IMG/VR virus record: IMGVR_UViG_3300017917_004390
Coordinates: 1 to 64,000 of that record
Origin: a virus
Reading direction: 5' to 3' (one strand)
Length of the DNA stretch: 64,000 nt
Numbering within the stretch: the stretch's first letter is position 1; each line of letters opens with the position of its first letter. Made by a program: the position numbers and the translations under genes. Of the stretch, positions 51,557-59,108 are shown piece by piece. The notes under the pieces are model-generated. The model was not told the DNA's origin. It did not search any database and saw nothing but the letters and a program-made list of their open reading frames with translations.

Positions 51557-52351
51557 ATGGGTTTTATAGCTGAAAATAATACAATACAAATTAAAACATA
51601 CTTAACTCAATTAGGTAGAAAATATATTTTAGATGGGAATAAAGAAGATTTCCAAATAGAATTTTTTACCTTACATGATGATGATATTAACTACCAAATT
51701 TCTAGTAATATTGTTGACGGATTTTATAATACAACACCATCAGGGTTTATACCTGATTTAACTGGTGATGATGATACTTGTATTAAAAGTGTTGCTTATG
51801 GCGTAGAACCTAATCCAGATAGTTATTTAACTGGAAGTACGATTAGTGTCAATGGTTTATTTTCTGTTGGTGAAATTGGTACTGACGGACAAATAAATTC
51901 AAGAAAAGTAGAACTAGGTTTTAATACTAATACTACAAGCGTTAGTAGAAATCAAGCTAATGCTAGTTCTGTGTATTCAACTGTAAATATACCAATCACT
52001 ATAAACAGTAGTAATTTAACAACAGCTGAAAAAACAAATTTAAAACTTAAAGCTAGTGTTAAAATTATTGATTCACAAGGTATTGAAGTATTAGTTAATG
52101 ATTCTGTAAATTCAAGTATTATTGATTTTACTAATTTAACAACTAACACGATAAATATACCAGTAAAATATCGTTTTAACTCAGCAAAAATAACACCTTC
52201 TGATATAACATATAATATTGAATTAACAATAAAAACCTATAAATCATTTGCTAATTTAGTAGATAGTAAACATACAATTAGTATTGTTAGAAGCGGATTT
52301 ATTAATCCAAATAATCAAAACAATAACCCAACTAATAATAGTAGTAATTAA
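51557..52351 (+). CDS. Structural protein, paralogous N-terminus to 49534
   Basis: 'YLTQLGRKYI.......I.FF.L.DDDINY'. Confidence 0.6.
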   Translation: MGFIAENNTIQIKTYLTQLGRKYILDGNKEDFQIEFFTLHDDDINYQISSNIVDGFYNTTPSGFIPDLTGDDDTCIKSVAYGVEPNPDSYLTGSTISVNGLFSVGEIGTDGQINSRKVELGFNTNTTSVSRNQANASSVYSTVNIPITINSSNLTTAEKTNLKLKASVKIIDSQGIEVLVNDSVNSSIIDFTNLTTNTINIPVKYRFNSAKITPSDITYNIELTIKTYKSFANLVDSKHTISIVRSGFINPNNQNNNPTNNSSN

Positions 52352-52352
52352 A

Positions 52353-53720
52353 ATGGAATTTAAAAGAATAGAGAAAAACCAAACAAATAACGGATTTCAA
52401 AAAGTAGTAAATCAAAATGGTGAAACAAATATTTCAGCATCGGATATACTATATACTTACTGTGATTTATCTGATAAAACAGACAGACCGTATGGTAATT
52501 TATTTAAATCTTTTAAATTACCCATAACCAATAATGAATCACTATTATTCAATAATACTTTTAAAGACACATCATTTGAATATTTCAGTAATGTAAATAA
52601 ACTTATTGTTGCTGAGATACCAAAAGGTTCCTATGGTGAGTTAATTGATGGTAAAACATTTTCACTTAATGTACCATATAATACAGGTTTTACAACTTTA
52701 TATGCTACATATTTCAACTTTAATCAAAGTTTAAATAGTCAAATAAGTGATAATAATACTTTTTCAAGTGTTTTTGGTATTGAACCTAATGAAGATAATG
52801 GATTTAATAGTAACGTTGCATATCTTTTTTCAAATGATATATCTAAGGCTAATTTAACTCCAACAGAAAATTTAGTGTACGAAACCACAATAAGATTTGA
52901 CTCAGGTGTTAGTAGTATTGTTTTACCTAGTGGTTTAACAACAGGTCAATTTTATAGAATTGATTTAACAATTACGTCAAGACGTTTTACATCACTTGAT
53001 TTAGATAATTATTATGCAACATCACCTTTAAATTCAGGTAATACAACAGGTGATATTAAAATAAATACTTTATCAAAATATGAGGGTTTAACAAATATAA
53101 ATCGTATTATATTAAAACGTAATTCATCAGTGATAACAGAAGATATATATATTAAACTTTATACTTATACTCAAAATACTGCGAATTGGAGTAGATATAC
53201 TACAAGTAATAAATTCCCTTCAACAGCGCAAAGTATTTCAGGTAAAAGATATGCAACTTTTAATGGTACAACTAAAGATAAACCCGTTGGAATTATTTAT
53301 CTCGATAAAGGTCTAGCCGTCATTACTGATAGTACATTAATAAATAACTTTAATTATTCAGCTGGTAGTTATTCAACTGGATATAATGGTATACCATCTG
53401 GACAAAGCTATACATCTGATACTAAGTTTAGTAAAATATATTTTAGTAGTTCAACCAATTCACAAGCAACATACAATAGTATTACAACTGAATATTCTCA
53501 ACAAATTGTGTGTTTAGCTTTACCCGGTGAATTTAATGGTACAACAAATCCAACTTTTGTTGATAGTTATGATGAATCGACAACAAAAAAACCTGTTTTT
53601 ATTACTAAAATAGGTATGTACAATAAATTTGGTGAATTAATAGCTATTAGCGTATTAAGTGAACCATATCAAAAAAATAATCAAATACCAGCATTTTTTA
53701 GTGCTAAATTAAAAATATAA
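52353..53720 (+). CDS. Structural protein, paralogous C-terminus to 49534
   Basis: 'FNGTTNPTF', 'VFITKIGMYN..GELIAI..LSEP'; ATG at 52353 follows the upstream stop. Confidence 0.65.
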   Translation: MEFKRIEKNQTNNGFQKVVNQNGETNISASDILYTYCDLSDKTDRPYGNLFKSFKLPITNNESLLFNNTFKDTSFEYFSNVNKLIVAEIPKGSYGELIDGKTFSLNVPYNTGFTTLYATYFNFNQSLNSQISDNNTFSSVFGIEPNEDNGFNSNVAYLFSNDISKANLTPTENLVYETTIRFDSGVSSIVLPSGLTTGQFYRIDLTITSRRFTSLDLDNYYATSPLNSGNTTGDIKINTLSKYEGLTNINRIILKRNSSVITEDIYIKLYTYTQNTANWSRYTTSNKFPSTAQSISGKRYATFNGTTKDKPVGIIYLDKGLAVITDSTLINNFNYSAGSYSTGYNGIPSGQSYTSDTKFSKIYFSSSTNSQATYNSITTEYSQQIVCLALPGEFNGTTNPTFVDSYDESTTKKPVFITKIGMYNKFGELIAISVLSEPYQKNNQIPAFFSAKLKI

Positions 53721-53723
53721 AAT

Positions 53724-53876
53724 ATGGAAAAATCAAAATCTTTTATCGTCAGTCCTGATGTGCATCAAATGGTTAAAAAGTATTGTGATAAATATGGATA
53801 TAAAATTCAATCTTTTGTAGAGAAAACTTTAATTAAAGAAATAAAAACGTTAACAAACGATGGTAATAAAGAATAA
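53724..53876 (+). CDS. Ribbon-helix-helix-like DNA-binding protein missing from the ORF track (50 aa)
   Basis: MEKSKSFIVSPDVHQMVKKYCDKYGYKIQSFVEKTLIKEI..., an RHH-like pattern; translated by hand. Confidence 0.6.
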   Translation: MEKSKSFIVSPDVHQMVKKYCDKYGYKIQSFVEKTLIKEIKTLTNDGNKE

Positions 53877-54462
53877 AGTATTTTTAAGTTTTGATATCTC
53901 AACAACTTGTATAGGTCTTAGTATATTTGATATAGATTTTAATTTATTAGATGTGAGAGCTATTAAATTAAAAGTTAATAAAGATATTAAAAAAGAATTA
54001 GACCCTATATTAGTTAAAGCTGACTTTTTTAAACAATATCTTGATACTTTAAATCCAGAGTATGAGATAGTAAATGTTTTTATTGAAGAACCTTTATTAT
54101 CAAGTAATAATGTTTTTACTGTTAATAAACTTCTTAGATTTAATGGTATATGTAGTTGGATACTTAAAGAAAAATATAATTTATATCCAATATTAATGTC
54201 TGTACATGATGTTAGGGTTATACTTAATCCTGAAATGTGTACGTTTAATAGTAAGAAAAATGAATACACTCTTAATTTTAGAAAAAGAGGTGTAGACCCC
54301 AAAGAATATATATTTAATAAAATACATAAACATTATGGGGATAAATTAATCGTTACTAGAAACAGAAATAATAAAATAAACACCGAAAATTATGATATTA
54401 CAGATTCAATTGCGTTAGCATATAGTTGTTTTAAAAAATATTATAATAAAAAACTTTTTTAA
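53860..54462 (+). CDS. RuvC-like Holliday junction resolvase
   Basis: 'LSFDISTTCIG', 'VFIEEP', 'YDITDSIALA' acidic RNase H-fold motifs. Confidence 0.8.
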   Translation: MVIKNKVFLSFDISTTCIGLSIFDIDFNLLDVRAIKLKVNKDIKKELDPILVKADFFKQYLDTLNPEYEIVNVFIEEPLLSSNNVFTVNKLLRFNGICSWILKEKYNLYPILMSVHDVRVILNPEMCTFNSKKNEYTLNFRKRGVDPKEYIFNKIHKHYGDKLIVTRNRNNKINTENYDITDSIALAYSCFKKYYNKKLF

Positions 54463-54464
54463 TT

Positions 54465-54944
54465 ATGGATGATAATTTATTTTTAGCAATTTCATTTTTA
54501 AATACAAAAACGTTCTTTAATTATACAACAATAGAACCAGAAGGTTTTGAAGATACAATAAATTTTTTAATAGAATCTGGTATTGAAATAGAGGATGTTG
54601 AGGCTGAATATCAGACCATGACTCAGGCTGAAAAGGTTGTGATAGTTTCATTTGCCGGGAATAAAACTGAGGTTAAAAATTTATTACTTTCCTTAGGTAT
54701 GACAAAAGAGTTCGTTGGCCAACAACTAAAAAATCAAATGTTACTTTTTAGGTGTATGATTAAATATGATGATTGCTATATTTATCATATATTAGATATT
54801 GAAATTATTAAAGTAAGAGGCCATAAAAAAACAGAAGAAGAACTAACATTTGAGTTAAACCAAGCCTTAAAACAAGAAGATTATCATTTAGCGGCTAAAT
54901 TACGTGATAAAATTAAGAAAAAAAGTGGAATTAATAAAAAATAA
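54465..54944 (+). CDS. Hypothetical protein with C-terminal UVR (UvrB/UvrC) coiled-coil motif
   Basis: 'LNQALKQEDYHLAAKLRDKI'. Confidence 0.7.
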   Translation: MDDNLFLAISFLNTKTFFNYTTIEPEGFEDTINFLIESGIEIEDVEAEYQTMTQAEKVVIVSFAGNKTEVKNLLLSLGMTKEFVGQQLKNQMLLFRCMIKYDDCYIYHILDIEIIKVRGHKKTEEELTFELNQALKQEDYHLAAKLRDKIKKKSGINKK

Positions 54945-54971
54945 TGTATTTTAGAGAAATACATTTTAAAT

Positions 54972-56531
54972 ATGGTTATAAAAACTGAAACTAAATATTC
55001 TACCGTTTTAGACATATTAAAGACTTCAATTAAACAGGGAGTATCTTATAAAGATATTCTAAATGAAAGAGAACTAAGCCCTTCTTATATAAATGATTAT
55101 ATATATGATATTAAAAGAGGTAAAGTTAAATATTTAAATGAAGATGAAAAAAATGAAGTAGTTAAATTATTCGAGTCTCAAATTCCAATTCCAAAAACTT
55201 CTAATAATAAAAGTTTAGATTTAAATAATGAAGTTGATTTTGAAAAAAGAAGTAAATGCTGGCAAGAAAGAGATGAAGATGGTAAGATACTTCGTTATCA
55301 TTATGAAATTCATGTCCGTGATGAAAAACCACTTGAAGGTTATTTAACTAGACAAGAGTATGATACTATAGTTGAGAACTATCCATTCTTAACTCGGAAT
55401 ACTGTTTCACAAATGTTTCCAACTTTAACATTTGTGGATTTTAAAAGAATTATTAGATGTTTTAATATTACAAAAGATGTTGTTTTTTCACCTCACACAT
55501 TAGAAGAAAATCCACCAGAAAAAATTGCTGAATTTCATCTAAAAGCTAAAGCTAAATCAGCTTATAGAAAAATAACTGAAGAAAGAGGTGCTTTTAATGA
55601 GAAAGTTATTAAAGATTTAGTGAGAGAAAATCTTGATTTAAAAGATATTAGAACATTTATTGATGATACAGTAAATAAATATATTAAAACTGGTTCATCA
55701 GTTAAATTAACTAGAAAGCATCCAGAAATTAAAACTGGTGATATTGGTTATTTATTTTATAGTGATATTCACTATGGTAAAAAATATGAAAGCCCGATTT
55801 TTGGTAGGGGATGTGATAAAGATATATTACATGATAGAATGATTCAAATTGCTGATGAAACAATCAAATATGTAGAATTTAATCAAATTAAAAAATTAAA
55901 AAGTTTTTTTGCTGGTGATATTGTTGAAAGTATTTTAGAAGAAGGTATGCATCCCGGACATTTTAAAGAAATGGACCTAAGGGGTGATGAACAAATTATG
56001 TTTGCTATTGATTCACAAATCAATTTTATACAAAGAATACTTGATAATACAACAATACCTCTTGAATTTACATTTATTGGTGGTAATCACGATAGAATAG
56101 GTGATGATAGACAAAAAGATAAAGCTAGAACAGCATCTTTATTAATATTCAAATTAATTAAAAAACATTTTCAAGATAACGAAAGAGTTGTTATTAATGT
56201 AGGTACAAATACACTAACAAAAGATAATGAAAATGGCTTATGCGTATTAATGTTTCATGGTGATAATAGTCTAATTAAAAAACAACCACATGAATTAGTT
56301 AATCTACATGGGATTGGTACAACAGGATATCATTTAGTAGTGTCAGGCCATTTCCATAGTGGAGATATTAAACAAAAAACTGGTACTAATTATATGAGTA
56401 TATCTTTACCATCGGTTTGTAGTACAGATAATTTTGTATTAAATGAATTAGGTAACAATGACCTACCCGGATTTGTTATAGGAAAGAAACAAAACTCAGG
56501 TTTTAGTTTTAATTATAACATCCTTCATTAA
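54972..56531 (+). CDS. Calcineurin-like metallophosphoesterase with N-terminal extension
   Basis: SDIHYG, GDIVE, GNHDR, FHGD and GHFH motifs all present. Confidence 0.85.
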   Translation: MVIKTETKYSTVLDILKTSIKQGVSYKDILNERELSPSYINDYIYDIKRGKVKYLNEDEKNEVVKLFESQIPIPKTSNNKSLDLNNEVDFEKRSKCWQERDEDGKILRYHYEIHVRDEKPLEGYLTRQEYDTIVENYPFLTRNTVSQMFPTLTFVDFKRIIRCFNITKDVVFSPHTLEENPPEKIAEFHLKAKAKSAYRKITEERGAFNEKVIKDLVRENLDLKDIRTFIDDTVNKYIKTGSSVKLTRKHPEIKTGDIGYLFYSDIHYGKKYESPIFGRGCDKDILHDRMIQIADETIKYVEFNQIKKLKSFFAGDIVESILEEGMHPGHFKEMDLRGDEQIMFAIDSQINFIQRILDNTTIPLEFTFIGGNHDRIGDDRQKDKARTASLLIFKLIKKHFQDNERVVINVGTNTLTKDNENGLCVLMFHGDNSLIKKQPHELVNLHGIGTTGYHLVVSGHFHSGDIKQKTGTNYMSISLPSVCSTDNFVLNELGNNDLPGFVIGKKQNSGFSFNYNILH

Positions 56532-56534
56532 TAT

Positions 56535-56981
56535 ATGAATTATACACAAGAACAGAAAGACCTATTACTTGATAAATTATTTGATGGAGTTGTTTGTCTC
56601 AATATTTATCGTAGAATTGATATTATACATAAAAATAATAAAATTTCATGGTACAAACCAAAATATAATTTTTTTTGGTTAAATTACCATCAAATATGGC
56701 AATTTTTTGAAAACAAAAATGGTTCTAATTACCAAGAAATCAAAGACTTAACTGAGGGTATCCTGAAAGACCTTATAAAACAAAAGGAACTCACAACTGC
56801 ACCCGACCGGACCTTTTGGCATATAGACCTGAAAGACCTTATAAAACAAAAGGAACTCACAACAACCGAACCATTTGTACACTCCGCTCAACTCCTGAAA
56901 GACCTTATAAAACAAAAGGAACTCACAACGCTTCCTGAATTACTTTTTGATTTTCTTAACCTGAAATACCTTACAATATGA
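56535..56981 (+). CDS. Repeat-terminated small protein, paralog 1 (reads through 3 repeats and 3 spacers)
   Basis: MNYTQEQKDLLLDKLFDGV core; LKDLIKQKELT occurs three times, separated by spacer-encoded peptides. Confidence 0.8.
   Translation: MNYTQEQKDLLLDKLFDGVVCLNIYRRIDIIHKNNKISWYKPKYNFFWLNYHQIWQFFENKNGSNYQEIKDLTEGILKDLIKQKELTTAPDRTFWHIDLKDLIKQKELTTTEPFVHSAQLLKDLIKQKELTTLPELLFDFLNLKYLTI
56762..56976. CRISPR. CRISPR mini-array inside paralog 1: three identical 36-bp repeats, three 30-bp spacers and a truncated terminal repeat
   Basis: CCTGAAAGACCTTATAAAACAAAAGGAACTCACAAC at 56762, 56828 and 56894; unique spacers 56798-56827, 56864-56893, 56930-56959; partial repeat 56960-56976. Confidence 0.88.
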
Positions 56982-57265
56982 ATTATACCCAAGAACAGAA
57001 ACAATTATTACTCGATAATCTCTTTGATGGGGTTGTTTATTTTAATATTTTTGAAGATATCAATATTATTCATAGAAATCGTTTTTTTTCAATATATCAA
57101 CTAAAATATAACAAGTTTTGGTTAAGTCAACCTAACATTTGGAGATTTTTTGAAAATGAAAAAAGAAATAACTTCTATCAAATCATTGAATTAACACAAA
57201 ATATCCTGAAAGACCTTACAAAACAAAAAAATATTAGAACTGAAAACTTACGACTGAAAATTTAG
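56978..57265 (+). CDS. Repeat-terminated small protein, paralog 2
   Basis: Same core; degenerate repeat at 57205-57240 encodes LKDLTKQKNIR. Confidence 0.8.
   Translation: MNYTQEQKQLLLDNLFDGVVYFNIFEDINIIHRNRFFSIYQLKYNKFWLSQPNIWRFFENEKRNNFYQIIELTQNILKDLTKQKNIRTENLRLKI
57205..57240. repeat. Degenerate copy of the 36-bp CRISPR-like repeat
   Basis: CCTGAAAGACCTTACAAAACAAAAAAATATTAGAAC. Confidence 0.7.
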
Positions 57266-57295
57266 AACAATAGTTCTAATACTCATAATTAATAT

Positions 57296-57649
57296 ATGAC
57301 CTACACACAAGAACAAAAAGACCTCTTACTTGATAAACTCTTTGATGGAGTAATTTGTCTGGATATCTATAATAATATTGAAATTATACATAAAAATAGT
57401 AATATATCATATTATATATTTGGAAGTAATACTTTTAGATTAAGTTGGAGTAATATTTGGAAATTTTTTGAGAATGAAAAAAATGATAATCAACAAGAAA
57501 TTGAAGAATTAACATCTAATATCTTAATAGACCTTACAAAACGAGAGGGAATTAAAACACATCAACGCTATACTTCAATAGAATGGAGCGAATATCGACT
57601 TAAAAATCCGAATATTACAATTCAAGAAATAATTTTTCGTTATTTTTAA
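57296..57649 (+). CDS. Repeat-terminated small protein, paralog 3
   Basis: Same core; degenerate repeat at 57523-57558. Confidence 0.8.
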   Translation: MTYTQEQKDLLLDKLFDGVICLDIYNNIEIIHKNSNISYYIFGSNTFRLSWSNIWKFFENEKNDNQQEIEELTSNILIDLTKREGIKTHQRYTSIEWSEYRLKNPNITIQEIIFRYF

Positions 57650-57707
57650 GACCATGTTTTTCGAAAAGAAACGAATAATATCTATTACCCTAATAGACCT
57701 TACAAAA
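57523..57707. repeat. Degenerate repeat (57523-57558) and partial repeat (57689-57707)
   Basis: CTTAATAGACCTTACAAAACGAGAGGGAATTAAAAC; CCTAATAGACCTTACAAAA just before the next ATG. Confidence 0.6.
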
Positions 57708-57716
57708 TAATATTAT

Positions 57717-58040
57717 ATGAAATACACACAAGAACAAAAAGACCTACTACTTGACCGTCTCTTTGATGGAGTTGTTTTTTTTAATATATATGATACAATT
57801 CGTATTACACATATAAATAATAAAAAATCATGGTACAACCCAAAAACTAGTCTATTTTGGTTAAGCTATAGTAATATTTGGCATTTTTTTGAGAATGAAA
57901 ATATATATAATTTTCAAGAAATCAAATACTTAATTGAGCCTATCCTGAGAGACACTACAGAACGAAAGGAACTCACAACTAACGCTTGGATGGATATTGC
58001 TCGATGCTGTCTAAAAAGAAAGGAACTTACAAAACAATAA
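57717..58040 (+). CDS. Repeat-terminated small protein, paralog 4
   Basis: Same core; repeat encodes LRDTTERKELT. Confidence 0.8.
   Translation: MKYTQEQKDLLLDRLFDGVVFFNIYDTIRITHINNKKSWYNPKTSLFWLSYSNIWHFFENENIYNFQEIKYLIEPILRDTTERKELTTNAWMDIARCCLKRKELTKQ
57944..58037. CRISPR. Repeat-spacer-degenerate repeat unit in paralog 4
   Basis: CCTGAGAGACACTACAGAACGAAAGGAACTCACAAC (57944-57979), 30-bp spacer TAACGCTTGGATGGATATTGCTCGATGCTG (57980-58009), scrambled repeat remnant. Confidence 0.7.
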
Positions 58041-58043
58041 AAT

Positions 58044-58325
58044 ATGACTTACACACAAGAACAAAAAGAACTACTACTTGACAAACTCTTTGATGGAGTT
58101 GTTTGTATGGATATCTACTATGATATTGATATTATTCATAGAAGTTATGGGTTATCATACTACAACCCAAAAACTAATGAATTTGTGTTAAGCTATAATT
58201 ATATTTGGAAGTTTTTTGAGAATGAAAATAGAGATAATTACTATGAAATCGAAGAATTAATATCTAGTATCCTGAGAGACACTACAGAACGAAAGGAACT
58301 TATAACAAATTATTGGCGGGGCTGA
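58044..58325 (+). CDS. Repeat-terminated small protein, paralog 5
   Basis: Same core; the stop codon lies inside the spacer. Confidence 0.8.
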   Translation: MTYTQEQKELLLDKLFDGVVCMDIYYDIDIIHRSYGLSYYNPKTNEFVLSYNYIWKFFENENRDNYYEIEELISSILRDTTERKELITNYWRG

Positions 58326-58372
58326 AATCGAAGACCACTGAGAGACCTTACAAAACAAAAGGAACTCACAAC
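58271..58372. CRISPR. Repeat-spacer-repeat unit in and after paralog 5
   Basis: 36-bp repeats at 58271-58306 and 58337-58372 flank an exactly 30-bp spacer AAATTATTGGCGGGGCTGAAATCGAAGACC. Confidence 0.82.
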
Positions 58373-58415
58373 AATAGATAATTATTAAGAAAAAAAAGTA
58401 TATTAGAAAAAAAGT

Positions 58416-59108
58416 ATGTTTAAAACAGTTGAATTAGATAAATATGTAACGATTGATATTGAGTGCGTTACTGGATATAAAAATATATATGAATTAGAAA
58501 GAATTAAACCTAATTTGTATAAAATTTTTCAAAAAAGGTTTGAAAAAGATATAAATGAGGTTTTAAAAAATGTTGATTCGGTGCTTGAAGCTGAAGAAAA
58601 AGTATATAAAGAAAAAGCTGTTTTTATGGCTGAATTTTCAAAAATAATTTGTATTTGTGTTGCTGGTTATTTAAATGGGGAAATACAAACTAAATCATTT
58701 TTAGGTAATGAAAAAGATATTATTAGCAAATTTTATACTTTTATTGCTGGTAAACCTAGAATTATTTGTGGACATAACATAGTTAAATTTGATATACCTT
58801 TTATTAATAAAAGAGCTTATCTTTATAATATTCAGATACCTTCTATACTTCAGATTCATGATAAAAAACCTTGGGAATTATCTGCTAGTATAAGAGATAC
58901 ACAAACTTTATGGGCATTTGGTGGAATGAATAATATATCACTTGAACTTCTATGTGAATTTTTAGGTATTGAAACATCAAAAGATGATATTGATGGTTCC
59001 CAAGTCGATTCAATATACTATATATATAATGATATAGATAGAATTGTACAATATTGTACAAAAGACGTAACTTCAAATTTATTGGTAATCAAAAGATTAT
59101 GCAATTAG
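58416..59108 (+). CDS. DEDD 3'-5' exonuclease (PolB/DnaQ-like exonuclease domain)
   Basis: ExoI 'IDIEC', ExoII 'GHNIVKFDIPFI', ExoIII 'YCTKDV'. Confidence 0.9.
   Translation: MFKTVELDKYVTIDIECVTGYKNIYELERIKPNLYKIFQKRFEKDINEVLKNVDSVLEAEEKVYKEKAVFMAEFSKIICICVAGYLNGEIQTKSFLGNEKDIISKFYTFIAGKPRIICGHNIVKFDIPFINKRAYLYNIQIPSILQIHDKKPWELSASIRDTQTLWAFGGMNNISLELLCEFLGIETSKDDIDGSQVDSIYYIYNDIDRIVQYCTKDVTSNLLVIKRLCN

Noticed and set aside
53860-54462. RuvC protein as a miniature Cas12/TnpB effector for the arrays
   Set aside because: Only 200 aa with a compact resolvase layout; no zinc finger, REC or WED region.
56762-56976. Simple protein tandem repeat or TIGR-type array
   Set aside because: Repeats are nucleotide-identical while the inserts are unrelated, fixed-length and mostly GC-shifted. 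The geometry is 36+30, not dual short spacers, and no Nop-domain gene was recognised.
56535-58372. Diversity-generating retroelement (template/variable repeats) as the explanation for the variable C-termini
   Set aside because: No reverse transcriptase in the window, and the variable segments are unrelated 30-mers rather than adenine-specific variants of one template.
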